Below are positions 27,487-36,994 of a stretch of 64,000 nt of DNA, piece after piece (position 1 is the first letter of the stretch; the number at the start of each line of letters is the position of its first letter). A program made the position numbers and the translations under genes. The stretch comes from a virus: the IMG/VR virus record IMGVR_UViG_3300046780_000733. One strand, written 5' to 3'. The notes below the pieces were generated by a model. It did not search any database and had not been told where the DNA came from. It saw nothing but the letters and a program-made list of their open reading frames with translations.

Positions 27487-27741
27487 TCAACGGGCGAGCA
27501 TTTCGGCGAGGTCTTCTCGCTCGCACTGATCGACGTAGACGCGGGCCTTTTCGGTTGGTCCGCTCTTGTCTAGATACTCGTGTTTCCACAACGCCTTGAC
27601 CGTGTTAACCGAACGGGCAGGGACGGCGTCGAATCCGCCCAACACCCAAGCGCGAATCACAATGTGCTGAGGCTGAGAAAGTCGTTTCACGGTTCCGGCT
27701 CCCTGGGTTCGCTTGGCTGGGCTGGCGGTCTCGGTGGTCAT
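27487..27741 (-). CDS. Hypothetical protein
   Basis: First gene after the promoter; conserved leader. Confidence 0.6.
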   Translation of the reverse strand: MTTETASPAKRTQGAGTVKRLSQPQHIVIRAWVLGGFDAVPARSVNTVKALWKHEYLDKSGPTEKARVYVDQCEREDLAEMLAR

Positions 27742-27800
27742 TGTAGGTTCCTTTGGTTATCGGGTTCTCGGCTCAATGCCTCTTGGCTCTGACATCCACA

Positions 27801-27828
27801 ATATTATCAGGGTTCAGGGTGATGTCAA
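27801..27828 (-). promoter_or_regulatory. sigma70-like promoter (leftward member of divergent pair)
   Basis: TTGACA-N16-TAATAT. Confidence 0.7.
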
Positions 27829-27961
27829 CAAGATTCTGGAATTCTTTCCCGACTCATTGACTCCGATCGCGTTACCCTTACTATAGATGGTGACTCGATA
27901 GGGCAGGGGGGCCGGTGTGCGCACGTTCAGACTAGCCCGCAAGTACAGCGTGCGCGCTGGG

Positions 27962-27989
27962 AACCTTCCGGAATTCGTTCCGGAAGGTT
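27962..27989. repeat. Third copy of the 28-bp palindromic site
   Basis: AACCTTCCGGAA-TTCG-TTCCGGAAGGTT. Confidence 0.95.
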
Positions 27990-28036
27990 AGGCGCCGTCC
28001 TAGCTGCACTTTCCAAGATCCGCTAGGCCACCTCTG

Positions 28037-28128
28037 CGCCCGAGGTCTAGGCCTGGAGAGCGGTACTTCTGGAGGGCTGCTGGGCTGCCAGTGCGCCCGA
28101 GGATTACCGAGGTTTGCTCGTGCTTTTG
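28037..28128 (+). promoter_or_regulatory. Two tandem degenerate copies of the bipartite motif
   Basis: CGCCCGAG-N17-GGTACTTCTG and CGCCCGAG-N17-CGTGCTTTTG. Confidence 0.55.
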
Positions 28129-28193
28129 AGATGCCGCTGAAGAGGTAGTTTTTGAGGCCTTCAAGGGAATCTGGAATTTTTGCCGTTGTCCCA

Positions 28194-28222
28194 TTGACAG
28201 AATCCAGAACCGGAATTATCAT
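28194..28222 (+). promoter_or_regulatory. sigma70-like promoter (rightward)
   Basis: TTGACA-N17-TATCAT. Confidence 0.8.
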
Positions 28223-28320
28223 TGTACCAGTCAGCAACGACTGACGACGCGAGCCGCGGCGAACCAGCGGCAAACCCGCACGGCGGGACATCTGGTGGGT
28301 TGCCCACCTAGGAGACTAAG

Positions 28321-29340
28321 ATGAAGGTTGCATACAATCGGTCTAGCGAGTGGCTCAAGGCTGAACAGATCCGGCTCGGTCGGAATCTGAATCAGACAGA
28401 GAAAGCCGAAGTCGATCCCGCGAGCCTATCCGAGGCGACCAGGGCCGCGATCGTTGAGTCTCGATCTGGATACCAGTGCGCCTACCCGGACACGCTCGAC
28501 GGCATCGGCAGTAGCTCAGTCGGCAAGTTTTTCGATGACATGCATCCCGAGGACGTGACGCCAGAGACGATCGACCGAATGGTCGCTGAAGCGTTGGCCG
28601 CCATCGCTGCAAACAAGGAGCTGGACAGGGCCTCGCGGGAAGCCCGCGAGGAGGAAAAGCGGCAGAAGGAGCTGGAGAAGCAGGCCGAGCACAAGGAACA
28701 AAGCAAACTGATCGCGGCGTTCACCGCCGATCCAGCGGCGCGACCGGACGCCGTAGACTGTAGCCCACGCTACTGGATCAGGATCAACGGGTCCACGATC
28801 CGAAAGGAGCACCCCGAGTTCATCGCGCTTTGCGATGAGGTTGAACTTCGTCATAAAACCGACGACAAGGCCAAATCGGACGCCGAGATTGCCAAGAAAT
28901 TGCTCCTTCAGTCCCAAATCGCGGAGTGGGTCCAGGCGAACGGCACGGACTCACAGAGGGCTCGGTTCTCGGAGGGACTGTTACCCGATGCCGAGGTCAC
29001 GGACGCGATCAAGGCCGAACTCCTATCACCCGGAGAAGGGTTCGCGAAGTACGCCAAGATCACCGCTGGAGAAGTCAAACGCGAGTGCGGAGGTTGTGAT
29101 TGCGACGAGAACGATGTCGAATTCGAGGCCACCGATGCCTTCGCCGTGACCGACTATCAGTACCAGAGTCTACTCGCGATCAGGGCCGCGTTCCCGGGTG
29201 CCGAAGTCACCCCGCGTATCCATACGGGCACGTGGGATTGCGGCGACTCCGATTGCCCTCTTCACGAGGTCACCCGCTACTCAGCCCGTGTCCACGTCGC
29301 CCAGGGCGAGATTCACGCCGTCCAGGAATACGCGATCTAG
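28321..29340 (+). CDS. Hypothetical protein with central coiled coil
   Basis: AGGAG SD; 339-aa ORF. Confidence 0.75.
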   Translation: MKVAYNRSSEWLKAEQIRLGRNLNQTEKAEVDPASLSEATRAAIVESRSGYQCAYPDTLDGIGSSSVGKFFDDMHPEDVTPETIDRMVAEALAAIAANKELDRASREAREEEKRQKELEKQAEHKEQSKLIAAFTADPAARPDAVDCSPRYWIRINGSTIRKEHPEFIALCDEVELRHKTDDKAKSDAEIAKKLLLQSQIAEWVQANGTDSQRARFSEGLLPDAEVTDAIKAELLSPGEGFAKYAKITAGEVKRECGGCDCDENDVEFEATDAFAVTDYQYQSLLAIRAAFPGAEVTPRIHTGTWDCGDSDCPLHEVTRYSARVHVAQGEIHAVQEYAI

Positions 29341-29375
29341 CGCCCGAGGTGTCAGCACGCAGAGCTATACTTTCA
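29341..29375 (+). promoter_or_regulatory. Bipartite motif
   Basis: CGCCCGAG-N17-TATACTTTCA immediately after a stop codon. Confidence 0.7.
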
Positions 29376-29430
29376 GGCTGGGGCAATCGTGCCCCAGCCA
29401 TCACCCGAGAACCGAACCGGAGAACGAACG

Positions 29431-29799
29431 ATGAACGCGACTCCTTACACCAGACTACTCAATCAGATCACGGTGACCGAGGAAAATCTTGAAGAGGCCC
29501 GCGCGGCGTGTGTGGCGATCGACCAGGCCAGAGAGCTTGTTCCAGGCTCGAAGACATGGGGGATCATCTACGAGGGTGGCCAACGAGGCCAGATGAGCCG
29601 ATACCCGGATGACAGCGGAGCAATCTGTCTGGGCGGGCAGTCGATTTGGGGCTGGTGGATTGACTCCCATGATCCAACCGACCCATGCGTGGCCGACATG
29701 CTCCAAACCGATGACGGCCATTATTACGGTGAGCACGGGCAAGAGATGGATCAGAGCGGCTATCCGCTAACCGGCCCTTATTCGGTTAGCGGTCTTTGA
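29431..29799 (+). CDS. Hypothetical protein
   Basis: GGAG SD, conserved leader. Confidence 0.6.
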   Translation: MNATPYTRLLNQITVTEENLEEARAACVAIDQARELVPGSKTWGIIYEGGQRGQMSRYPDDSGAICLGGQSIWGWWIDSHDPTDPCVADMLQTDDGHYYGEHGQEMDQSGYPLTGPYSVSGL

Positions 29800-29811
29800 A
29801 AGGTCTTGGTG

Positions 29812-30000
29812 ATGTCCAAGGGTTCCCATCCGCGTCTTGCCGTTATCAAGGAGAGGATTGACGCCTTGTTAAAAAATCGTGGGCCGATGAGCCCGAAGAT
29901 GATCGCGACCGCGATTGGAACGCCTGTTTCAACCGTCTACGCGGCGATTGTCGTACTCAAAAACGATGGCCGCGTTGTTCACAGGCCGCGTAACCGATAA
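29812..30000 (+). CDS. Small winged-helix DNA-binding protein
   Basis: GPMSPKMIATAIGTPVSTVYAAI..LKNDGRV. Confidence 0.6.
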   Translation: MSKGSHPRLAVIKERIDALLKNRGPMSPKMIATAIGTPVSTVYAAIVVLKNDGRVVHRPRNR

Positions 30001-30060
30001 GGCGTCTCGCTAACCCACCCCGGCCCTTACCCTTCACCGACACCCGAACCGGAGGAATCG

Positions 30061-30279
30061 ATGATTACCGTCAAAAACGCATGGCACAAGCACGGTTACT
30101 CTGGGAGCGATCATCTGCTGTCAGATTCGGAGCTTGAGGACGTGATCGGCCGCGAATTTCGGTCTGTGTCTGAGGCAAAGAAATCGGCAGCAAGGCTGTC
30201 TACCGGGACGTCGGGCTATGCCAACGTACCGATAGGCCTAGAAGTCAGATTCGCGGACGGCACAACCAAGACGTTTTGA
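30061..30279 (+). CDS. Hypothetical protein
   Basis: GGAGG SD; leader near-identical to that of 17038. Confidence 0.6.
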   Translation: MITVKNAWHKHGYSGSDHLLSDSELEDVIGREFRSVSEAKKSAARLSTGTSGYANVPIGLEVRFADGTTKTF

Positions 30280-30336
30280 CGACCCGCCCCTCGCCGCCCT
30301 GGCTCACAGGACGGCCTGGGATTGGCCGTTACGAAT

Positions 30337-30585
30337 ATGACACTCGAACATGCAGAGGAGCACAAGATGAGTTTATGGCATTGCCACGATCGATGCAGCG
30401 GCGAACGATTCGAGGTAAATGGCAGCACCGAATCCGAAATCGAGAAAGGTGTCGAGGAATACATCTGGTTAGGCATCGACGCCGACGCCGGCACTGTCGA
30501 TTACGACGTGATTGCCACCGCGATTGATGGTTCCGAGTACAGTTTCAGCGGTTCGGTCCAGCCCGGGGAGGAGCCCGCTGGTTGA
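30337..30585 (+). CDS. Small acidic protein
   Basis: D/E-rich ORF in operon; start uncertain. Confidence 0.5.
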   Translation: MTLEHAEEHKMSLWHCHDRCSGERFEVNGSTESEIEKGVEEYIWLGIDADAGTVDYDVIATAIDGSEYSFSGSVQPGEEPAG

Positions 30586-30714
30586 ATCACAAGACCACAA
30601 CCACGCCACTCACCCGAAAGGAAGTTAGATGAACGCGAAATGCACTCACCCCGAGACAGACCGAACCGGAAATCCACTACGGCGATGCAGCCCAGAAAGG
30701 AGACGTGCGACGTC

Positions 30715-31170
30715 ATGCTTTACGTGGTGAGCGGTCTTCCGGGGAGCGGCAAGAGCACTTGGATAAAGAGTTTCCAGGATGTTGATGTTCGATTGCAGCA
30801 ATCAGACCTGACGCGGAGTCTCAGTGACGCCATCGATATTGTTTCCTGCCACGTCGCCAAGGGCGAAACCGTCGCGCTCGAATCGTGGGGCTGGGATTTC
30901 CCCGATCAGGAATACCCAGTTAACCGCGTGTACTTCGCCAATCAGCCCTCGCGATGCCTGGCCAACGTGATATGGGACGGGATTCACCGTCGTTACTGGT
31001 TTTCTGGAATCAGGCTAGAGGCTTTGATCCAGCATCACGATCACTACCGTCCACCCATGGGCAGCTTGCCTGTGTTTCGTCGCCAGGTCACGGATCGCGA
31101 GGTGCAGGAGTTCATGAGCCTCTACCCGAATCCGCACGACAAGATAATTCGGCGACTGCTTGAGCCTTGA
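30715..31170 (+). CDS. P-loop kinase-like (AAA_33-type) protein
   Basis: LYVVSGLPGSGKSTW Walker A. Confidence 0.7.
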   Translation: MLYVVSGLPGSGKSTWIKSFQDVDVRLQQSDLTRSLSDAIDIVSCHVAKGETVALESWGWDFPDQEYPVNRVYFANQPSRCLANVIWDGIHRRYWFSGIRLEALIQHHDHYRPPMGSLPVFRRQVTDREVQEFMSLYPNPHDKIIRRLLEP

Positions 31171-31191
31171 TCGAGATCATAGGCCTGATCG

Positions 31192-31226
31192 CGCCCGAGA
31201 CATGCATTCGCAGGCGCATACTTTTA
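31192..31226 (+). promoter_or_regulatory. Bipartite motif
   Basis: CGCCCGAG-N17-CATACTTTTA. Confidence 0.7.
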
Positions 31227-31240
31227 GAAGCCCTCCAGCT

Positions 31241-31792
31241 ATGCCTAAGCCAATCGACCTCGCAGGCCAGAGAATCCCAGGAACCAGGCTCACCGTGATC
31301 GGCCTGGCACCCAGGGAACTCTGGCCCAAGTGCAGGACAGGGAAGTCGTGGACCAAGCGGGCGTGGATCTGCCAGTGTGACTGCGGGAACGTGACCGGCC
31401 CGGTGATTACCACTCACCTGGTCGGAAAAAATTCCAATACAAAATCGTGCGGGTGTCTGCAACGAGACAAGATCCGCATGCAGGGAATCAAGAATACTCA
31501 GGCTACACTGCCCAAGGTTTGCAGGCATTGCCGAGCCACATTCCATGGAACATGCAAGCAGTTGTTTTGCTCTACGCGGTGCAAGCTGGATTTCGACCTC
31601 GCCCCGCGCGAGAAGTGGAATTGCGAGTATTGCGGCAAGCCGATCAAAGCACGCAAGGGCCAGCGGTACTGCTGCCCTAGATGCAAGTGGCTCGCGGTTT
31701 CCAAGCCGACCATGACGCCAGGCGCAGTCGTTTCCGCGTCACACCGACTACACGAGCGAACCAAAAAGGAACCCAATGAGCCAAACGAATAG
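31241..31792 (+). CDS. Multi-zinc-finger protein (homing-endonuclease-type N-terminal domain plus two CxxC..FC/YC..C units)
   Basis: DL.GQR...LTVI..WICQCDCGN..TKSCGC; CRHC..FCSTRC; CEYC..YCCPRC. Confidence 0.65.
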   Translation: MPKPIDLAGQRIPGTRLTVIGLAPRELWPKCRTGKSWTKRAWICQCDCGNVTGPVITTHLVGKNSNTKSCGCLQRDKIRMQGIKNTQATLPKVCRHCRATFHGTCKQLFCSTRCKLDFDLAPREKWNCEYCGKPIKARKGQRYCCPRCKWLAVSKPTMTPGAVVSASHRLHERTKKEPNEPNE

Positions 31793-32549
31793 CCTGCCAG
31801 TGCCGAGAGATATCCCCTCGACCCTGGAAGAGGAGTACGCGGAACTAGGCCTGATGAACACGGATCGATTGCGCGAGGAGTTGACGCGGTCGCTCCACGT
31901 GTCAGCCGCACACCTGCGTCGGCTGGCCGTGATCGTGCGTCTCCTGGAGGAGCGCGGCGAGAACCTCGCCGACCTCCGGATCGGACTCCTGCCGTACCTG
32001 CGTCAGATCGCCCACGGCCAGGTGTTGCCCGAGGTACTGGTGAGGTTCGCGCAGTCTCCGTGGATCGTTCGTCTTGTCAGCTCGCTGCCGTTGCCGGACC
32101 AAAAAAAACTTGCCGACGGAGAGCGGATAGAACTGGTGTTTCGTCGAGACACTGGATTCGACAAGCGATTGGTAGATCCTCTGGCTATGACTCGCGATCA
32201 AGTGCTCCTGGCTTTCGATCGCAACCGACTGCGCAGCGAGGAGGAGCAGGTGTTGATCCTGGAACAAAAGAAGCCGAGGCGCGACGCGTCACGGACAGCC
32301 AAGATCAGCGTGGACAAAAGGACTAACAATGTCAGGATCGGCAGGGCATCGGCGCCCATCGACGACGTGGTTGCCGCCATCGCGGAGTCCCGCGGAGACG
32401 ACGAAGAGGACGACACGGATAGAACAAAGCCAATCATGGTACACCTATCCGATGCAGAACACCAGACGTTGAAGTTAGCGTCAACCAAGATCGGTGTGCC
32501 GATGGCGGTATTGCATCGGCGAGCCCTACGCGCGTACGGACTGATCTAA
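31776..32549 (+). CDS. Hypothetical protein with C-terminal RHH-like segment
   Basis: IMVHLSDAEHQTLK...GVPMAVL.RRAL. Confidence 0.65.
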   Translation: MSQTNSLPVPRDIPSTLEEEYAELGLMNTDRLREELTRSLHVSAAHLRRLAVIVRLLEERGENLADLRIGLLPYLRQIAHGQVLPEVLVRFAQSPWIVRLVSSLPLPDQKKLADGERIELVFRRDTGFDKRLVDPLAMTRDQVLLAFDRNRLRSEEEQVLILEQKKPRRDASRTAKISVDKRTNNVRIGRASAPIDDVVAAIAESRGDDEEDDTDRTKPIMVHLSDAEHQTLKLASTKIGVPMAVLHRRALRAYGLI

Positions 32550-32579
32550 CGAGATCCATACTTTCAAAGGTTTGCCATC

Positions 32580-33137
32580 ATGCCTATTTACCTGCCGCCG
32601 CGACCGAACCCGCGCGAGCCCCACGCCAAACAGTCGCCGACTCCCGGGGACCGCGTTCACCTGGTGGTGATCGGTGACTCTCTGGTGACGCTGTGGCCGA
32701 TCAACGCCGTTAACCTCGGGGTAGGGGAGGATCGGGCCGAGAACACGCTCTGGAGAATCCTCCATGGCGACCTCAAACACTTCGAGGCCGAGAACATCGT
32801 GTTGTTGGTGGGCACCAACAACTACCGTAGGAACTCGCCGTGGCGCACCGCGGCCACGATCGAACTCATCTACCAGGCGATCCGCTTTTTTCAACCTAGC
32901 GCCACGATCTCAGTCGTCCAGGTGCTTCGGCGACGAGAGATCGCCTCGCGGCCATGGGTGTGGCTGACGAACTTTCTCGCGGCCGGTCGAGTTCCGATGG
33001 TCAGGGCTGAAATCGATCCAGTGATCCACACCGTGGACGGGCTGCACCTGAACTCCAAGGGATACAGAGTGCTTGACGAAGCACTGTCCCGGATGATTCG
33101 CTTCCCAACCCTGCAAACCCAGGAGACCCAGCAGTGA
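32580..33137 (+). CDS. SGNH/GDSL-type esterase
   Basis: IGDSL, NLGVGED, GTNN, DGLHL blocks. Confidence 0.85.
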   Translation: MPIYLPPRPNPREPHAKQSPTPGDRVHLVVIGDSLVTLWPINAVNLGVGEDRAENTLWRILHGDLKHFEAENIVLLVGTNNYRRNSPWRTAATIELIYQAIRFFQPSATISVVQVLRRREIASRPWVWLTNFLAAGRVPMVRAEIDPVIHTVDGLHLNSKGYRVLDEALSRMIRFPTLQTQETQQ

Positions 33138-33499
33138 TAGAGTTTCTCCCAAGAGACCAAATACCCGCCGGCTGCCGATGGGATTGGAACAAATTCATCT
33201 GGCCACCCGAATGCGAGTCGCTCAGCAGTGACGAAAAAACCGAGATCATCGACGCCGTCAGTTACTACGACTTGATCGACGCGCTGCACTTGGTTGTTGG
33301 GACCACCAAGGCGTTGGCCGCCGCCCAGGCGAACCACGATCAAGCGGCTGCACGCGTCCTCAAGGCGTACGGACGCAGCGAGGAGAACTGCGGCGAATTG
33401 CCCGGCCCTCCGTGGCTTATAGGCGACCACGTGGTCGAGGTGTTATACGAGAAAGGAATCATGGTTCGCGCCATCACCAAGATCGAGGAGGCGCCGTGA
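33134..33499 (+). CDS. Hypothetical protein
   Basis: GTGA coupling; AGGAG SD. Confidence 0.55.
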   Translation: MIEFLPRDQIPAGCRWDWNKFIWPPECESLSSDEKTEIIDAVSYYDLIDALHLVVGTTKALAAAQANHDQAAARVLKAYGRSEENCGELPGPPWLIGDHVVEVLYEKGIMVRAITKIEEAP

Positions 33500-33858
33500 C
33501 CAAACCTATGCTCATCGGTGGCCCGTACCGGTCGCCACGATTCGAGATCGGCTCCAGCCTAGTGTGCCGGCTCCATGGACGGGTGACCGTGCATTCTGTC
33601 AGCGAAGCGCCGGCACGCTGGCCTCAACGCCACCAGGGATCCGCAACCGTACCTGTGTTTACCTCGGAGCTGGTGAGAGCTGTACGCACCGAGTCCAGTT
33701 CGGCCATCTGTTACCATTGGGGGGTGAACCGAAAGACCGTCACGCGGTGGCGTCGAGCCTTGGGGGTGCCGAGATTCAACCTCGGCACTCGTGTAATCTG
33801 GAGTCGCAACGCAGGGAAACTAAACCGACAGGCACATACTTTTAGAGGAGCGAAATGA
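33496..33858 (+). CDS. HTH-containing protein
   Basis: LVRAVRTES..AI..HWGV...TVTRWRRALGV. Confidence 0.6.
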   Translation: MTKPMLIGGPYRSPRFEIGSSLVCRLHGRVTVHSVSEAPARWPQRHQGSATVPVFTSELVRAVRTESSSAICYHWGVNRKTVTRWRRALGVPRFNLGTRVIWSRNAGKLNRQAHTFRGAK

Positions 33859-34160
33859 GCACCAAACCCACCCACCCCATGCAGCCGCTGTACCTGGACG
33901 GGCGCGGCACCATCAGGTTTCACCGCAACGGCATCGTCGTGAAACTCCTGGATACCGGCAAGATTGACCTCTGTGCCATCGCTCAGTGGACTCACAGGTA
34001 TCCCGAGGTCACCCAGGACGACGTCGAGCAATTCTGGCAGTTGCTCGGGTACTCGGTGGACGGCTACGCTGAACTGAGTTTCATTAGCGATGATTCCGTC
34101 AATAAAGCAAACACCGCCGCCAATCAGATCATGGACAGCCTCGCGCCCGAGCCCCACTGA
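33855..34160 (+). CDS. Conserved phage hypothetical protein
   Basis: HPMQP...D..G.IRF..N.IV..LLD, QF.QLLGYSVDGY.EL. Confidence 0.7.
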   Translation: MSTKPTHPMQPLYLDGRGTIRFHRNGIVVKLLDTGKIDLCAIAQWTHRYPEVTQDDVEQFWQLLGYSVDGYAELSFISDDSVNKANTAANQIMDSLAPEPH

Positions 34161-34178
34161 TCCTTACTCATACTTTCA
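34144..34178 (+). promoter_or_regulatory. Bipartite motif
   Basis: CGCCCGAG-N17-CATACTTTCA. Confidence 0.7.
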
Positions 34179-34188
34179 GAGGAGCGAA

Positions 34189-34392
34189 ATGAACCTTCAT
34201 GTTGACGATGCTCAGCCCACGAAACAGGAAGTCCTGCAACGAGGCAGATCGATCGCGATTGGCCTGCTAAAAATGACCGACGGCGAACTCAGAGATCGAG
34301 GCCTGACTCGCCCTGGATTGCTGTGGGCGTTGCGTCGCCTACACCAGCACAGCGACCCGACGCAATATGGTCTCGCGCACGAGACTCAGTGA
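34189..34392 (+). CDS. Hypothetical protein
   Basis: GAGGAG SD. Confidence 0.55.
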   Translation: MNLHVDDAQPTKQEVLQRGRSIAIGLLKMTDGELRDRGLTRPGLLWALRRLHQHSDPTQYGLAHETQ

Positions 34393-34428
34393 TCCTTGAT
34401 CCTTACTCGTACTTTCAGAGGCCCGCCA

Positions 34429-34671
34429 ATGGCACGAAAGAAGAAACGAAAAATCAAACTGGACTTCCTGGAGCACTTGATAGCCGTAAGTGACATTGCC
34501 TACTACGCCCGCCGAGGCATGTACCAGGACAGAGATCTTTGCGAAAATGTCGAGGCGGGCGTTGAGTCTCTGATCGCGGCGATCGAACTTCAGATATCCG
34601 ATCCTGACAAGATGATATTGATCGGAAAAGGCCCATCTCGGCGTCGCGTTACAGACGAGATTAGATTCTAA
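34429..34671 (+). CDS. Hypothetical protein
   Basis: CAGAGGCCCGCCAATG leader shared with next gene. Confidence 0.55.
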   Translation: MARKKKRKIKLDFLEHLIAVSDIAYYARRGMYQDRDLCENVEAGVESLIAAIELQISDPDKMILIGKGPSRRRVTDEIRF

Positions 34672-34684
34672 CAGAGGCCCGCCA

Positions 34685-35068
34685 ATGCCGCTATCCGTGA
34701 TCACCGCCGATGGAGAAACACACGCGATTGAACCGAGGCCCATCAACCTCGTGTTCCACAACGGCACCATTGATGTCAGGTTCCCACGGGCAGTCACACT
34801 TGATCCCGATGTGACCCGGCACCACGGGGAACGCGTACGCGTGCCCCACGCCTCAACAGCGGCCCTTCTGACGATCATCGAGGGCGACCGTCCGCTACCC
34901 AGGACGTCCGCCGCCTACCACCATGTGGTGGGGCTGCTGGACCTCACGCTGAAACTTCGCGACGCCGGATGCCAGGTCGCGTGGAAACACCCCGAGACCT
35001 ACCTGCATCCGTGGCACCAGGCCAACCTCGGGGACGTTGCGATTTCACTAACAAAGGACCATCAATGA
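34685..35068 (+). CDS. Hypothetical protein
   Basis: Same 16-nt leader as 34429. Confidence 0.55.
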   Translation: MPLSVITADGETHAIEPRPINLVFHNGTIDVRFPRAVTLDPDVTRHHGERVRVPHASTAALLTIIEGDRPLPRTSAAYHHVVGLLDLTLKLRDAGCQVAWKHPETYLHPWHQANLGDVAISLTKDHQ

Positions 35069-35314
35069 CCATGGCAGCGATCATACTGATATGCGGAGCC
35101 TGTGCCATCGTGGGCGCGTCACTGGGTTGGCTCCTCGGGTACGCCCATGGCACCGAAGCCGTGACCAACGACATGGCCAAGCTTGGGATGGAAATCCGGA
35201 GGGATGAGTCGCACTGGACCGACTAAGGCAGCTTCCGAATCCTGTCTCTCAACATAAGGACCAACATAAAGGCGTCGCTGCCTGGTTGGGCCTGGATGCT
35301 GACGAGGCAGATAG

Positions 35315-36082
35315 ATGTCAGAGCAGATTGTTCTCCCGAGCGTTGAAGGTGCCGAGTTTCGTCTTGTTGAGGGCAAACCAGGCTACTGTGTCGGAGACAA
35401 CGGATCGGTGTGGAGTCGAGTCAAATCCTCAAGGAATGGGAATGTCAAGTTCAAGGATTGGGTCCAGATGAAAGCTACTCCGCAGTCTCGCGGCCACTTG
35501 ACCCTGTGGCTTGGAAGGAATGACCAGAGGTTCGTTCATCGACTCGTGCTGGAGCATTTCGTTGGGCCGTGCCCCGATGGTATGGAGTGCCTACACGAGG
35601 ACGGGAACCCAGCCAATAACCGCCTTGGCAACCTCTCATGGGGAACACCAAAGCAGAACCATGCAGATTCTGTCAGACATGGCACGGCGTACTTCAGGCC
35701 GGGTATGGAATGCCCGACCAGGATACTCGACGATGCGGACGTTCTAGAAATCGTGTCTCTCTGCCGATGTGGCATGAGCCAATCAGAGGCGGCACAGAAA
35801 TTCAACGTACACGAAACCAACGTCAATTCAATCATGACTGGGAGATCATGGTCATCGCTGACTGGAATCAAGTACATCGTCAAGCGTCCTGGACGCAAGG
35901 GCGAGAAAAGGCAAAAACTGTCCGATGACGCAGTGCTCGAACTTCGAGAGTTGGCTTCGGCAGGCTGGACGCGAAAAGCATTGTCGGAACGATCCGGGCT
36001 GCACGTGGTCACCGTTGGAATGATTATCTCGGGGCAGAGACGCGCGTCGGTAAAACGGGAGCAATTGGCGCCCTGCGTCTGA
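35315..36082 (+). CDS. NUMOD4/HNH homing endonuclease-like protein with C-terminal HTH repeats
   Basis: Y.V...G.VWS, VHRLVLEHFVGPCP.GMECLHEDGNP.NN.L.NL.WGT..QN. Confidence 0.88.
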   Translation: MSEQIVLPSVEGAEFRLVEGKPGYCVGDNGSVWSRVKSSRNGNVKFKDWVQMKATPQSRGHLTLWLGRNDQRFVHRLVLEHFVGPCPDGMECLHEDGNPANNRLGNLSWGTPKQNHADSVRHGTAYFRPGMECPTRILDDADVLEIVSLCRCGMSQSEAAQKFNVHETNVNSIMTGRSWSSLTGIKYIVKRPGRKGEKRQKLSDDAVLELRELASAGWTRKALSERSGLHVVTVGMIISGQRRASVKREQLAPCV

Positions 36083-36354
36083 GACATACATTATGTTTAT
36101 TATGAGCCGCACTGTCCGTTTATGCGTTCGGGGCAGGGGGGGTGCGTTTTGATCCTAGTTTTCGAGCAGGACCTGCAAGACCACGGCCAAGGCCGATTCA
36201 ACTGGCGGCCATCGCTGTTTCGCGGCCGATGGAGTGGCGGACTTACATGGAGGGTCGCATGGGGGCTCTGGTCGCTCAGTTATTACCCGTCACCAGGACT
36301 CCGACAGTTCTTCGATCACATCGAATCCGGGAGTACAGGATGGGTGTCGAAATC

Positions 36355-36597
36355 ATGAGGGAGAATGAAACGGAGCAACCATTGGAAACAGACATCAGCT
36401 ACCACATCCAGGAACGGTGCAAGATCGGAGGAATCGTGTTTCCCTGGCAGACTGTCCCTGTCGGGTGGTCAACCAGGGAGACAGCCTTTTGGGCCTTGGA
36501 GGCCCACATCAGATCGACCGGGGACGACATGAAAGATTTCCGGGTCGTCAAGGTTACAACGGAAGTCATGCAACCTGGATCAACAGAGAGGAAGTGA
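36355..36597 (+). CDS. Hypothetical protein
   Basis: ATGA coupling. Confidence 0.45.
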   Translation: MRENETEQPLETDISYHIQERCKIGGIVFPWQTVPVGWSTRETAFWALEAHIRSTGDDMKDFRVVKVTTEVMQPGSTERK

Positions 36598-36598
36598 G

Positions 36599-36994
36599 AT
36601 GGACGACAAGTCGATAGACAATGGCCTCGAATTCAATGGCGCTATCACATTCATGGTGTTCGATGATGGAGCGACGATCGAGATTCGAGACCGTACATCA
36701 TCAACCACCTTTGTCAAGGTGAAGCTAACCCAGCATCAGCTTTGCCAAGCATTATCACGGCTTGGAAACACCCCGTGCACCATCGAGACACGAGGTCTTG
36801 ATCACGTCGGCAAAAAGATGGCCATGGATGAATTACGATTCGAGATACCAAAGCACGATTACAGCAATCGCGACATCGTCGCCAAACAGGAAGCGCGAAG
36901 ATTGTGCCCTGAAGGGTACTTCGGGTCAAAGGTTTACTTTGCTACCGTTGATGGCAAGGTGTACGCCAACACAACAATCAGGAAATGGGATTGA
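36599..36994 (+). CDS. Hypothetical phage protein
   Basis: GAGGA SD; AGGAAGTGAGATG shared with next gene. Confidence 0.6.
   Translation: MDDKSIDNGLEFNGAITFMVFDDGATIEIRDRTSSTTFVKVKLTQHQLCQALSRLGNTPCTIETRGLDHVGKKMAMDELRFEIPKHDYSNRDIVAKQEARRLCPEGYFGSKVYFATVDGKVYANTTIRKWD

Noticed and set aside
24673-36143. GGGCAGGGGGG word repeated four times
   Set aside because: Low complexity, inconsistent context, one copy inside coding sequence
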